Assembly: GCF_000006765.1 (NCBI RefSeq)
Contig: NC_002516.2
Direction: 5' to 3' (one strand)
Length of the DNA: 64,000 bases
DNA from: Pseudomonas aeruginosa PAO1
GTDB taxonomy: Bacteria > Pseudomonadota > Gammaproteobacteria > Pseudomonadales > Pseudomonadaceae
A model generated the notes under the pieces. The model did no database searches. It saw only the letters and a program-made list of their open reading frames with translations, and was not told the origin of the DNA. Every line of letters starts with the position of its first letter. The first letter of the stretch is position 1. Position numbers and translations under genes: made by a program. Shown in pieces: positions 54,603 through 64,000 of this stretch.

Positions 54603-55087
54603 ATCCGGTCCGCAAGAAACGTCTGATCATCGTCCTCGCCATCGTGGCGGGTGTCGGCGCCGCGGTGGGCCTGGCGCTGTCGGCCCTGCAACAGAACATC
54701 AACCTGTTCTACACCCCGACCCAGATCGCCAACGGCGAAGCGCCGACCGACACCCGCATACGCGCCGGCGGCCTGGTGGAAAAGGGTTCTCTGCAACGCA
54801 GCGAGGATTCGCTGAACGTGCGTTTCGTGGTCACCGACGGCGCCAAGGAAGTGACCATCGCCTACCATGGCATCCTTCCCGACCTGTTCCGCGAGGGGCA
54901 GGGCATCGTCGCCCTCGGCAAGCTGGGCGGCGACGGCGTGCTGGTGGCCGATGAAGTGCTGGCCAAGCACGACGAGAACTACATGCCGCCGGAAGTCACC
55001 AAGGCGCTCAAGGACAGCGGCCAACTGAAGCACTACGAGAACGGCAAGGCCGCCGGCGAGACCTCGTACAACCAGGAGGGCAAGTAG
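54599..55087 (+). CDS. ccmE: Heme chaperone CcmE
   Basis: [10 protein letters not shown] and heme-binding [11 protein letters not shown]. Confidence 0.97.
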   Translation: MNPVRKKRLIIVLAIVAGVGAAVGLALSALQQNINLFYTPTQIANGEAPTDTRIRAGGLVEKGSLQRSEDSLNVRFVVTDGAKEVTIAYHGILPDLFREGQGIVALGKLGGDGVLVADEVLAKHDENYMPPEVTKALKDSGQLKHYENGKAAGETSYNQEGK

Positions 55088-57061
55088 ATGATCCCCGAAC
55101 TCGGCCACCTGGCCCTGATCCTCGCCCTTTGCCTGGCCCTGGTGCAGTCGAGCCTGCCGCTGGTCGGCGCCTGGCGCGGCGACCGCCAGTGGATGAGCCT
55201 GGCGCGCCCGGCGGCCTGGGGGCAGTTCGCCTTCCTCGCCTTCGCCTTCGGCTGCCTGACCTGGGCCTTCCTGCGCGACGACTTCTCGGTGGCCTACGTG
55301 GCCGGCAACTCCAACAGCGCGCTGCCCTGGTACTACAAGTTCAGCGCCGTCTGGGGCGCCCACGAAGGTTCGCTGCTGCTCTGGGCGCTGATCCTCGGTG
55401 GCTGGACCTTCGCCGTGTCGATCTTCTCCCGGCAACTGCCGGAGGTCATGCTGGCCCGCGTGCTGGCGGTGATGGGCATGATCAGCACCGGCTTCCTGCT
55501 GTTCCTGATCATCACCTCCAACCCGTTCAGCCGCCTGCTGCCGCAGACCCCGATGGACGGCAACGACCTCAACCCGCTGCTGCAGGACGTCGGCCTGATC
55601 GTCCACCCGCCGATGCTCTACATGGGTTACGTCGGATTCTCGGTGGCCTTCGCCTTCGCCATCGCCGCACTGCTCGGCGGCCGCCTGGACGCCGCCTGGG
55701 CGCGCTGGTCGCGGCCCTGGACCCTGGTAGCCTGGGCCTTCCTCGGTATCGGCATCGTGCTCGGCTCCTGGTGGGCCTACTACGAGCTGGGCTGGGGGGG
55801 CTGGTGGTTCTGGGATCCGGTGGAAAACGCCTCCTTCATGCCCTGGCTGGTCGGCACTGCACTGATCCACTCGCTGGCGGTGACCGAGAAGCGCGGCGTG
55901 TTCAAGAGCTGGACCGTGCTGCTGGCGATCGCCGCTTTCTCCCTGAGCCTGCTGGGCACCTTCCTGGTCCGCTCCGGCGTGCTCACCTCGGTGCACGCCT
56001 TCGCCTCCGACCCGGAGCGCGGGGTGTTCATCCTCGCCTTCCTGCTGCTGGTGGTCGGCGGCTCGCTGACCCTGTTCGCCCTGCGCGCGCCGGTGGTCAA
56101 GAGCCAGGTCGGCTTCGCCCTGTGGTCGCGCGAGACCCTGCTGCTGCTGAACAACCTGGTGCTGGTGGTGGCGGCCTCGATGATCCTCCTCGGGACCCTC
56201 TACCCGCTGCTGCTCGATGCCCTCAGCGGCGCCAAGCTGTCGGTCGGCCCGCCGTACTTCAACGCCATGTTCCTGCCGCTGATGGCGGCGCTGATGGCGG
56301 CGCTGGCGGTCGGCGTGCTGGTGCGCTGGAAGGACACCCCGAGCCGCTGGCTGCTCGGCATGCTGACCCCGGTGCTGGCGGCCAGCGCGGTCCTGGCGGC
56401 GGCCGGTTCGATGTACTTCGGCGATTTCAACTGGGCGGTGCTGGCGGTGTTCCTGCTGTCCGCCTGGGTGGTCCTGGCCGGTTTCCGCGACTTCCTCGAC
56501 AAGACCCGGCACAAGGGCGTGCTGGCCGGCGCCCGCAGCCTGACCCGCAGCTACTGGGGCATGCAACTGGCGCACCTGGGCATCGCCGTGTGCGCCATCG
56601 GCATCGTCCTCAGCAGCCAGTACAGCGCCCAGCGTGACCTGCGCATGTCGCCCGGCGACACCGTCGAACTGGGCGGCTACCACTTCCTCTTCGACGGCGC
56701 GAAGCACCACGAAGGGCCGAACTACACCTCGGACAAGGGCAGCATCCACGTCAGCCGCGACGGCAAGGAGATCGCCACCCTGCATCCGGAGAAGCGCCTG
56801 TACACCGTGCAGAGTTCGATGATGACCGAGGCAGGGATCGATGCCGGCTTTACCCGCGACCTCTACGTGGCGCTCGGCGAGCCGCTGGAGAACGGTGCCT
56901 GGGCGGTGCGCGTGCACGTCAAGCCGTTCGTCCGCTGGATCTGGTTCGGTGGCCTGCTGATGGGCCTCGGCGGCGCCCTGGCGGCGCTCGACCGGCGCTA
57001 CCGGGTGAAGGTGAAAACACGTGTGCGCGAGGCCCTGGGCCTCGCCGGTCAGGGAGCCTGA
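55088..57061 (+). CDS. ccmF: Heme lyase CcmF
   Basis: WGAHEGSLLLW, HPPMLY and WGGWWFWDPVENASFMPW. Confidence 0.98.
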   Translation: MIPELGHLALILALCLALVQSSLPLVGAWRGDRQWMSLARPAAWGQFAFLAFAFGCLTWAFLRDDFSVAYVAGNSNSALPWYYKFSAVWGAHEGSLLLWALILGGWTFAVSIFSRQLPEVMLARVLAVMGMISTGFLLFLIITSNPFSRLLPQTPMDGNDLNPLLQDVGLIVHPPMLYMGYVGFSVAFAFAIAALLGGRLDAAWARWSRPWTLVAWAFLGIGIVLGSWWAYYELGWGGWWFWDPVENASFMPWLVGTALIHSLAVTEKRGVFKSWTVLLAIAAFSLSLLGTFLVRSGVLTSVHAFASDPERGVFILAFLLLVVGGSLTLFALRAPVVKSQVGFALWSRETLLLLNNLVLVVAASMILLGTLYPLLLDALSGAKLSVGPPYFNAMFLPLMAALMAALAVGVLVRWKDTPSRWLLGMLTPVLAASAVLAAAGSMYFGDFNWAVLAVFLLSAWVVLAGFRDFLDKTRHKGVLAGARSLTRSYWGMQLAHLGIAVCAIGIVLSSQYSAQRDLRMSPGDTVELGGYHFLFDGAKHHEGPNYTSDKGSIHVSRDGKEIATLHPEKRLYTVQSSMMTEAGIDAGFTRDLYVALGEPLENGAWAVRVHVKPFVRWIWFGGLLMGLGGALAALDRRYRVKVKTRVREALGLAGQGA

Positions 57062-57064
57062 GTC

Positions 57065-57607
57065 TTGAAACGAGCGATTCTGCTGCTGCCGCTGGGGATC
57101 TTCCTGATCGTCGCGGTGTTCCTCTTCCGCGGCCTCTGGCTGGACCCCAGCGAGCTGCCCTCGGCGCTGATCGGCAAGCCGTTCCCGGCCTTCGACCTGC
57201 CCAGCGTGCAGGACCCGGCCCGGCGCCTGACCGAGGCCGACCTCAAGGGCAAGCCGGCGCTGGTCAACGTCTGGGGCACCTGGTGCCCGTCGTGCCGGGT
57301 CGAGCACCCGGAACTGACCCGACTGGCCGAGCAGGGCGTGGTGATCTACGGGATCAACTACAAGGACGACAACGCCGCCGCCATCAAGTGGCTGAACGAG
57401 CTGCACAATCCCTACCTGCTGAGCATCAGCGACGCCGACGGCACCCTGGGCCTGGACCTGGGCGTGTACGGTGCGCCGGAAACCTACCTGATCGACAAAC
57501 AGGGCATCATCCGCCACAAGATCGTCGGGGTGGTCGACCAGAAAGTCTGGCGCGAGCAACTGGCGCCGCTGTACCAGCAACTGCTGGACGAGCCGGAGGC
57601 CCGATGA
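57065..57607 (+). CDS. ccmG: Thiol:disulfide interchange protein CcmG/DsbE
   Basis: WGTWCPSCRVEHP and GVYGAPETY. Confidence 0.96.
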   Translation: MKRAILLLPLGIFLIVAVFLFRGLWLDPSELPSALIGKPFPAFDLPSVQDPARRLTEADLKGKPALVNVWGTWCPSCRVEHPELTRLAEQGVVIYGINYKDDNAAAIKWLNELHNPYLLSISDADGTLGLDLGVYGAPETYLIDKQGIIRHKIVGVVDQKVWREQLAPLYQQLLDEPEAR

Positions 57608-58071
57608 AGCGTTTCCTCGCCACCGCGCTGCTCGGTCTCGCCCTCTGCGGCGTGGCCCGGGCCGCCATCGACACCTACGAGTTCGCCAGCGACGCCGAGC
57701 GCGAACGCTTCCGCAACCTGACCCAGGAACTGCGCTGCCCGAAGTGCCAGAACCAGGACATCGCCGACTCCAACGCACCGATCGCCGCCGACCTGCGCAA
57801 GCAGATCTACGGCCAGTTGCAGCAGGGCAAGAGCGACGGCGAGATCGTCGACTACATGGTTGCCCGCTACGGTGATTTCGTTCGCTACAAGCCGCCGGTC
57901 AACGAGCGTACCTGGCTGCTCTGGTTCGGTCCGGGCGCCTTGCTGCTGTTCGGCGTGCTGGTGATCGGCGTGATCGTCCTGCGCCGCCGGCGCACCGCTG
58001 CCAAGGTGCAAACCACCCTGTCCGCCGAGGAGCAAGCGCGCCTCGCCAACCTGTTGAAGAACGACAAATGA
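57604..58071 (+). CDS. ccmH: Cytochrome c biogenesis protein CcmH (CycL)
   Basis: [16 protein letters not shown] and [10 protein letters not shown]. Confidence 0.96.
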   Translation: MKRFLATALLGLALCGVARAAIDTYEFASDAERERFRNLTQELRCPKCQNQDIADSNAPIAADLRKQIYGQLQQGKSDGEIVDYMVARYGDFVRYKPPVNERTWLLWFGPGALLLFGVLVIGVIVLRRRRTAAKVQTTLSAEEQARLANLLKNDK

Positions 58072-59291
58072 TCGATTTCTGGCTCGCTGCCGGCCTGCTG
58101 CTGCTGGCGGCCCTGGCATTCCTGCTGATTCCGCTGCTGCGTGGCCGTCGCGCCCAGGCCGAGGAAGACCGTACCGCCCTGAACGTCGCGCTTTATCAGG
58201 AGCGGATCGCCGAGCTGGCCGGCCAGCAGGCCGCCGGCACGCTGACCGCCGAGCAACTGGAGAATGGCCGCGCCGAGGCTGCCCGCGAACTGCTCGCCGA
58301 CACCGAGGGCAGCGGCGAAGAGCGTAGCTCGCGCCTGGGCCGGGCGGTCCCGCTGGTCGCGGCGCTGCTGGTGCCGTTGGTCGCGCTCGGCCTGTACCTG
58401 CATTGGGGCGCCAGCGACAAGGTCGAGCTGGCCCGCGAATTCGCCCAGGCGCCGCACTCCATGGAAGAGATGACTGCGCGCCTGGAGCGCGCGGTACAGG
58501 CTCAGCCGGATTCCGCCCAGGGCTGGTACTTCCTCGGTCGCACCTACATGACCCAGGAACGCGGCGCCGATGCAGCGCGGGCCTTCGAACGCGCCGCCGA
58601 ACTCAGTGGGCGGCAGCCGGAAGTGCTCGGCCAGTGGGCGCAGGCACTGTATTTCTCCGGTGGCAAGAAAATGACCGCGCAGATCAAGGCCCTGGCCGAC
58701 GAGGCGCTGAAGGGCGACCCGGCCGAAGTGACCACCCTTGGCCTGCTCGGCATCGCCGCCTTCGAAGAGCAGCGCTACGCCGACGCCATCGGCTTCTGGG
58801 AGCGCCTGGTGTCGGTGTTGCCGAACGAGGACCCGGCACGCTCGGCGATCCAGGGCGGCATCCAGCGCGCCCGCGAGCGCATGACCGAGGCCGGGCAGAC
58901 TCCGCCGGCGCCGGCCGCGCCCGCTGCCGCCGGGGTGACCCTGACGGTGAAGGTGGATATCAGCGACGCGGTGAAGGGCCAGGTCAAGGCCGACGACAGC
59001 GTGTTCGTCTTCGCCCGCGCCGTCGGCGGCCCGCCGATGCCGTTGGCAGTGAAGCGCCTGACCGTCGCCGACCTGCCGGCCGAGGTCAGCCTGAGCGATG
59101 CCGACGCCATGATGCCGCAGCTCAAGCTCAGCGGTTTCCCGCAGGTCGAGCTGGTGGCACGGGTATCCCGCGCCGGCAACGCCATCTCCGGCGAGTGGAT
59201 CGGACGCGGCAAACCGTTGTCTACTGCCCAGTCGTCGGCGCAAGCGCTGACCATCGACGGCCCGGACCAGCCCCAGGCGGCCCGGCCATAA
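58068..59291 (+). CDS. cycH: Cytochrome c biogenesis TPR protein CcmI/CycH
   Basis: N-terminal TMs, TPR repeats and a C-terminal [16 protein letters not shown] domain. Confidence 0.95.
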   Translation: MIDFWLAAGLLLLAALAFLLIPLLRGRRAQAEEDRTALNVALYQERIAELAGQQAAGTLTAEQLENGRAEAARELLADTEGSGEERSSRLGRAVPLVAALLVPLVALGLYLHWGASDKVELAREFAQAPHSMEEMTARLERAVQAQPDSAQGWYFLGRTYMTQERGADAARAFERAAELSGRQPEVLGQWAQALYFSGGKKMTAQIKALADEALKGDPAEVTTLGLLGIAAFEEQRYADAIGFWERLVSVLPNEDPARSAIQGGIQRARERMTEAGQTPPAPAAPAAAGVTLTVKVDISDAVKGQVKADDSVFVFARAVGGPPMPLAVKRLTVADLPAEVSLSDADAMMPQLKLSGFPQVELVARVSRAGNAISGEWIGRGKPLSTAQSSAQALTIDGPDQPQAARP

Positions 59292-59317
59292 CGACAATCG
59301 GTTGGGGAGGTGCGGCG

Positions 59318-59734
59318 GTGAAGGCGAAGTATCTGGGTCTGGCGATTCTCCTGGGCGGTCTCGGCGGGTGCGTGGTGCATCCGCCGCAGACCAGCGAACC
59401 GCCGGCCTCGCTGCCGCCGCAGAGCCAGCCGCAGCCCGGTCCGTCCAGCGCGCCCGGCGCCACCCCGCCGCGCATCACCCCGCAACCGCAGACTCCGGCG
59501 CAGCCCAGCCGCTCGCGTCCGCAGTTCGCCCCGCCGCCAGGCGGCAAGGGCGTCTGGGACGGCAGCCTGGGGGTCTACGTGATCCGTGGCGAGCGCGATC
59601 TCTACTACCGCCAGCGCACCTACTACCGCTGGGACGGCGGCTGGTTCTGGTCCACCAGCCCGCAGGGTCCATGGACCGAGACCGACGCTCGCGGCATCCC
59701 GCCCGGTCTCAGCCGGCGCTACGCCAATCCATGA
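59318..59734 (+). CDS. Putative Pro-rich lipoprotein (138 aa)
   Basis: GTG start 7 nt after GGAGG. MKAKYLGLAILLGGLGGC has a lipobox, followed by a Pro/Gln/Ser linker and an aromatic-rich C-domain. It is embedded in the 58403..59734 ORF. Confidence 0.75.
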   Translation: MKAKYLGLAILLGGLGGCVVHPPQTSEPPASLPPQSQPQPGPSSAPGATPPRITPQPQTPAQPSRSRPQFAPPPGGKGVWDGSLGVYVIRGERDLYYRQRTYYRWDGGWFWSTSPQGPWTETDARGIPPGLSRRYANP

Positions 59735-59737
59735 TCC

Positions 59738-60544
59738 CTAGGGGTTCTCCGGGTCGTGCCCGAGCGACTGGATGAACAGCGAGAACAGCTCCGGTTGCGA
59801 GGAAATGTCCAGCTTGGCGTACAGGTGGCGCCGATGGACCTTGATCGTCTCCGGCGAGATCGCCAGGCGCTCGGCCATGGCCTTCGACGAGTAGCCGCGA
59901 AGGATCAGGCGGGCGATCTCCAGTTCCCGTTCCGATAGCACGCTGGCGCCGAAGTGGCTGAGGGCGTCGCGTATCTGCGTGGCCATCTCTTCCTGCGGTG
60001 CAGCCGGCAACAGGCGCTGGCTGCGTTGCTGCCAGTGCTGCTGCATCAGCGCCAGGACCCAGCTCGAGAGCAAGCCGAGCATCCCGCATTCCTCGTCGGC
60101 GAACATCCTCTGCATGCCCAGCGACAGCGACAGCGCGCCCTGGCCGGGCACCTGTAGGATGAACTGCACCTCGTCCTCCAGAACGTTGTCGTGGAAGTAG
60201 CTGAGGTAGTACTCGCTCTGCCGGAAATGGTCCGGGGCGATCTCCTCGAGGCGGTACAGGCCGCTGGCCAGGCCTTCCCGGCAAGCCTGGTAGAAGGGGT
60301 CGAGCAGGTACAGCCCGTTCAGGTAGGCGAGCATCGAGGCCGGCCCGGCGTGCGGTTCGGCGTCGTATTCCTCCAGGGCCACCGGCACGCCGTTGGCGGG
60401 GTAGAAGATCGCCAGGGCGTTGTCGAACGGCAGGTGCTGGCGCAGCAGCAGGATCAATTGCTTCCAGAAACGGTTGCCGCCGATCTGTTCGATGGCGCGG
60501 CCCAGACTGGCGTGCATGCCGATGTCCCGGAACAGGGTGTGCAT
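59738..60544 (-). CDS. LuxR-family transcriptional regulator (N-terminal sensing domain plus HTH)
   Basis: LSERELEIARLILRGYSSKAMAERLAISPETIKVHRRHLYAKL. ATG at 60544. Confidence 0.9.
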   Translation of the reverse strand: MHTLFRDIGMHASLGRAIEQIGGNRFWKQLILLLRQHLPFDNALAIFYPANGVPVALEEYDAEPHAGPASMLAYLNGLYLLDPFYQACREGLASGLYRLEEIAPDHFRQSEYYLSYFHDNVLEDEVQFILQVPGQGALSLSLGMQRMFADEECGMLGLLSSWVLALMQQHWQQRSQRLLPAAPQEEMATQIRDALSHFGASVLSERELEIARLILRGYSSKAMAERLAISPETIKVHRRHLYAKLDISSQPELFSLFIQSLGHDPENP

Positions 60545-60615
60545 CCGTATTCGCTCCACGGTGGGTTTTCGCAGGCTCCGGTTTGCGGCTTTTCCACCCG
60601 CCGCGTCAAGGGGCG

Positions 60616-60631
60616 TAACCCCAAAGGGTGA
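60616..60631. promoter_or_regulatory. Candidate operator of the LuxR regulator
   Basis: TAACCC-CAAA-GGGTGA imperfect palindrome, centred about 43 nt before the start site predicted from a TAGAGT -10 at 60655. Confidence 0.5.
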
Positions 60632-60721
60632 TTGGCCCGCCGGTTCCGCGCTCCTAGAGTCGGCGCATAACCAGCGCCCCGGCAAGGGGCCGCCGCGAGT
60701 CTCCGTTACTGCCTCAACTTC

Positions 60722-60729
60722 AATAACAA
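60722..60729 (+). promoter_or_regulatory. Hfq/Crc CA motif in the permease 5'UTR
   Basis: AATAACAA matches AAnAAnAA and lies just upstream of the RBS. Confidence 0.65.
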
Positions 60730-60744
60730 TCAGAGGACAACGAC

Positions 60745-62112
60745 ATGAGCTCTTCCCCCGCGCCCGAAAGTGCGCTGAAACCCACGCTGGGCGTGTTCGA
60801 CGTGGTCGCCATCACCGTTTCCGCAGTCACTCCCGCCAGTTCCGTCTTCGTCATCGCCCCCTTCGCCATCCAGCAGGCCGGCACCGGCGCTTTCTGGGCC
60901 TTCGCCCTGGCCGGGGTGCTGGCGCTGATGTTCGCCTGGTGCTATGCCGAGCTGGGCAGGGCGCACAGCACCGCCGGCGGCGAGTATGTCTACGCCAAGC
61001 GGGTGTTCGGCGGCTTGGCCGGCTACGCCACCTTCCTCACGGTGCTGGCGATGCTGCTGTTCATCCCGCCGGTGCTCGCCACCGGCGCGGCGACTTACCT
61101 GAACGCTGCCCTCGGCACCCACTTCGATGCGCAGACCGTGGCCCTGGCGATCGTTGCCTTCAGCTACCTGCTGGGCATCCTCAACATCCGCGTCAACGCC
61201 TGGGTCACGGGTACCTGCCTGCTGCTGGAAGTGGCGGCGCTGCTGGTGATCGTCGGCCTCGGTTTCGGCCATGCACAGCAACCGGCGAGCGTCCTGCTGC
61301 AGCCGCAGGTAGTCGGCGACGGCGGGCTGCTGGCGATCGCACCCTGGGCATTGGTGATCGGAGCGGTCGGTACCGCGCTGTTCTCCTACAACGGTTTCGG
61401 CGGCGCGGTGCTGCTCGCCGAGGACATGAAGGACGGCGGCCACAGCGTGCATCGCGCGGTGCTCTGGTCGCTGGCGCTGGTAGTACTGATCGAGATCGTC
61501 CCGCTCGCCGCGCTGCTGATCGGCGCGCCGTCGCTCCCGGCGATGCTCGCCAGCCCCGACCCGATCGGCTACCTGTTGAACAGCCATGGCAACGAGACGC
61601 TGTCGCGCCTGGTCAGCGCCGGGATCTTCCTCTCGGTGTTCAACGCCATCGTCGCCATCGTCATCCAGAGCGCCCGGGTGATCTTCAGCAGCGGTCGCGA
61701 CGCGCTCTGGATGCCGGCGTTGAACCGTGCCTTCACCCGTATCCATCCGCGCTGGGAATCGCCCTGGCTGGCCACGCTGTTCCTCGCCATTCCCTCGGCG
61801 GCGCTGAGCTTCAGCTCCAACCTGGCCGAACTGACCTCGTTCACCGTGTTGCTGATCGTCATGGTCTACCTGATCGTCGCCCTCTGCGCGCTGTTCAGCC
61901 GGGTGCTGCGGCGCGACCGCGAGCATCCCTACCGGATGCCGCTGTGGCCGCTGCCGGCGCTGCTGGCGGTGAGCGGCGCGGGATACCTGCTGCTCAACCT
62001 GTTCCTGGCGGCCTCGGCCAGGGACGTGATGATCATTGTCGGACTGCTGGCGGTGTCGGTGATTCTCTACTGCACCTACGGCAAGCTCAGTCCGGCGTTC
62101 CAGAAGCTTTGA
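60745..62112 (+). CDS. APC-family amino acid/peptide permease
   Basis: About 12 TMs, YAELG...AGGEYVY and RVIFSSGRD. Confidence 0.92.
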   Translation: MSSSPAPESALKPTLGVFDVVAITVSAVTPASSVFVIAPFAIQQAGTGAFWAFALAGVLALMFAWCYAELGRAHSTAGGEYVYAKRVFGGLAGYATFLTVLAMLLFIPPVLATGAATYLNAALGTHFDAQTVALAIVAFSYLLGILNIRVNAWVTGTCLLLEVAALLVIVGLGFGHAQQPASVLLQPQVVGDGGLLAIAPWALVIGAVGTALFSYNGFGGAVLLAEDMKDGGHSVHRAVLWSLALVVLIEIVPLAALLIGAPSLPAMLASPDPIGYLLNSHGNETLSRLVSAGIFLSVFNAIVAIVIQSARVIFSSGRDALWMPALNRAFTRIHPRWESPWLATLFLAIPSAALSFSSNLAELTSFTVLLIVMVYLIVALCALFSRVLRRDREHPYRMPLWPLPALLAVSGAGYLLLNLFLAASARDVMIIVGLLAVSVILYCTYGKLSPAFQKL

Positions 62113-62125
62113 AACAGGAGTCCGC

Positions 62126-63226
62126 ATGCGCGCTCGACAACTTGGCATCACCCTCGGCCTGGGCACTCCCGGCCCGTTCAACGCGATCACCGACGTTCCC
62201 GGCGTGCGCGTCGGCCACAGCACCCTGAACCAGCGGATCGACGGCAGGCAGGTTCGCACCGGCGTCACCCTGGTCCAGCCGCGCGCCGGTGCGGCGCGCC
62301 TGCAACCCTGCTTCGCCGGCTGCCATGTGCTCAACGGCAACGGCGACGCCACGGGCCTGGAGTGGATCCGCGAAGCCGGCCTGCTGACCACCCCGATCGC
62401 CATCACCAATACCCACAGCGTCGGCGCGGTGCGCGACGCGCTGATCGCCGAGGAGCGCGCCGAACTCGGCGACAGCGGGCTGTACTGGTGCATGCCGGTG
62501 GTGATGGAGACCTTCGACGGCCTGCTCAACGATATCTGGGGCCAGCATGTCGGCGCCCGCCAGGTCGGCGAGGCGCTGGCCTGCGCCGAGTCCGGACCGG
62601 TCCGCGAAGGTTCGGTGGGCGGCGGTACCGGGATGATCTGTCACGAGTTCAAGGGTGGCATCGGTAGCGCATCGCGGCGGCTTCCGGCGGAGCAGGGCGG
62701 CTGGACGGTGGGCGCGCTGGTCCAGGCCAACCACGGCCAGCGTCGCGAGCTGCGGGTCGATGGCTATCCGGTCGGCCGCCGGCTGGGCGACATCCCCTCG
62801 CCGTTCAGCGAGGAAGGCACCCCGGGCATGGGCTCCATCGTGGTGATCCTGGCCACCGACGCGCCGCTGCTGCCGCACCAGTGCCAGCGCCTGGCGCAGC
62901 GCGCCTCGATCGGCATCGCTCGCACCGGCGGTGGCACCGAGGACTCCAGCGGCGACGTGTTCCTCGCCTTCGCCACCGGCAACCAGGACCTGCCGCCAGC
63001 CGACTATGCGCGCAAGGACCTGCCGCAGAGCACGCCGCTGCGGATGCTCAACAACGACCACATCTCGCCGTTGTTCGCCGCGGCGGCGGAGGCGGTGGAA
63101 GAAGCCATCGTCAACGTGCTGCTGGCCGGCGAGGACATGCGCACCGAGGACGGCCGGCTGGTGCCCGCGCTGAAGGGGGAGAGGCTCCTGGCGGCGCTGC
63201 GCGAGACCGGCTGGCCGGGACGCTGA
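62126..63226 (+). CDS. bapF: DmpA/BapA-family (P1/S58) aminopeptidase, BapF-like
   Basis: NAITDVPGVRVGH, EGSVGGGTGM, VQANHG, Ntn autocleavage site G|SIVV and SGDVFLAF. Confidence 0.85.
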   Translation: MRARQLGITLGLGTPGPFNAITDVPGVRVGHSTLNQRIDGRQVRTGVTLVQPRAGAARLQPCFAGCHVLNGNGDATGLEWIREAGLLTTPIAITNTHSVGAVRDALIAEERAELGDSGLYWCMPVVMETFDGLLNDIWGQHVGARQVGEALACAESGPVREGSVGGGTGMICHEFKGGIGSASRRLPAEQGGWTVGALVQANHGQRRELRVDGYPVGRRLGDIPSPFSEEGTPGMGSIVVILATDAPLLPHQCQRLAQRASIGIARTGGGTEDSSGDVFLAFATGNQDLPPADYARKDLPQSTPLRMLNNDHISPLFAAAAEAVEEAIVNVLLAGEDMRTEDGRLVPALKGERLLAALRETGWPGR

Positions 63227-63233
63227 AAGCGGC

Positions 63234-64000
63234 TCAGCGCCAGCCGCGGGTGCGCGCCACCGCTTCGCTGAAACGCACCTGCCAGCGCCGGGCGGTGCCG
63301 GCGTCGACCCGCGGCTGGAACTCCGTGCGAGTGTTGCGCGGCTCCGCCAGTTCGTGGCCGAGGCCACGTGCGGCAAGGGCGGCGCAACCGAAGGCGGTGA
63401 GTTCGTCGAAGCGCTGGGTGACGATGCGCCGTTGCAGGCTGTCGGCGAGGAACTGGGCGAAGTAGGGGCTGCGCGCCAGGCCGCCGTCGATGGACAGGCG
63501 GTCGGTGACCTTCAGGTAGCCGTCCATCGCCTGGATCACCTCGGCGCTGCGCAGCACCACGCCTTCGAGCAGGGCCTGGCAGAGGTCCTCGCGGCGGGTG
63601 CCGGCGTCCATTCCCAGCCACATCGCGCCGGCGCTGCGGTCCCAGTGCGGGCATGCGAGTCCCGACAGGGCCGGGACGAAGGCCAGGCCGCGCTCGATGG
63701 CCGGCGGCCGGTCGAAGCCGGCCAGTTCCGAGAAGTCGCTGAACAGGCCGAGACGCCCGGCCCACTCGACCGCGGCGCTGGCGTCGTAGACCCCGCCGTC
63801 CATGGCGTACACCGGTTTGCCATCGATCTGCCAGGCGATGGTGGCGAGCAGGCCTGTCTCCGGCGAGCGGATGATCCGCTCGCCGCTGAGAGTCAGGGCG
63901 AAGGCGCCGGTGCCGAAGGTGATCTTCGCATCACCGGGCTGGCGGCAGCCGTGACCGTAGAGCGAGGCCTGCTGGTCGACCACCGAGGCCGTCAGCGGGG
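63234..64000 (-). CDS. FGGY-family carbohydrate kinase (glycerol kinase-like), 5' part outside the window
   Basis: DQQASLYG, KITFGTGAF, FVPALSGLACPHW and SIDGGLARS. Confidence 0.9.
   Translation of the reverse strand, partial: PLTASVVDQQASLYGHGCRQPGDAKITFGTGAFALTLSGERIIRSPETGLLATIAWQIDGKPVYAMDGGVYDASAAVEWAGRLGLFSDFSELAGFDRPPAIERGLAFVPALSGLACPHWDRSAGAMWLGMDAGTRREDLCQALLEGVVLRSAEVIQAMDGYLKVTDRLSIDGGLARSPYFAQFLADSLQRRIVTQRFDELTAFGCAALAARGLGHELAEPRNTRTEFQPRVDAGTARRWQVRFSEAVARTRGWR

Noticed and set aside
54554-57778. 1074 aa antisense ORF over ccmE-ccmH
   Set aside because: Antisense shadow of the ccm operon.
1-64000. Mobile elements, prophage, defence islands, tRNA/rRNA genes, pseudogenes
   Set aside because: No transposase, integrase, terminal repeats, phage genes or structural RNA signatures were recognised. 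Recognised genes other than the two cut by the window edges appear full length.

Overview
GC-rich Pseudomonas aeruginosa-type core chromosome segment. Gene order matches what I recall of PAO1 PA1424-PA1487; this is from memory, not a search. Left to right: a 5'-truncated DTW-domain gene, an ABC-F ATPase, a putative beta-propeller protein, a GNAT, a P-type ATPase, the intact lasR-rsaL-lasI quorum-sensing locus, lapD/lapG-like genes, mexMN with its two-component system, and the flagellar/chemotaxis region (fliK, fliL-flhB, two TPM-domain genes, flhA-flhF-fleN-fliA, cheYZAB, motCD, parC/parP-like genes, cheW). These are followed by a 5 kb patch of unrelated small genes, a FliK-like/FlhB-C-terminal-like gene pair, the ccmA-H/cycH cytochrome c maturation operon, a small lipoprotein, a LuxR-permease-DmpA/BapF module and a partial FGGY kinase. 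I saw no rRNA, tRNA, CRISPR array, transposase, integrase or obvious frameshift. The most interesting signals are: (1) a translationally coupled FliK-like plus FlhB-CC-like pair, with no NPTH cleavage site, behind a sigma28-type promoter; (2) four acidic helical repeats in CheA that resemble the CheY-binding peptides of FliM and CheZ; (3) several readable regulatory sites (ANR-like box, CusR-like box, IHF site in an inverted repeat, AlgU-like promoter, LuxR operator with a CA motif); (4) poorly characterised small genes (a WYL-GST pair, a stand-alone pseudo-receiver, a Pro-rich lipoprotein). All motifs were read by eye and not scored computationally.
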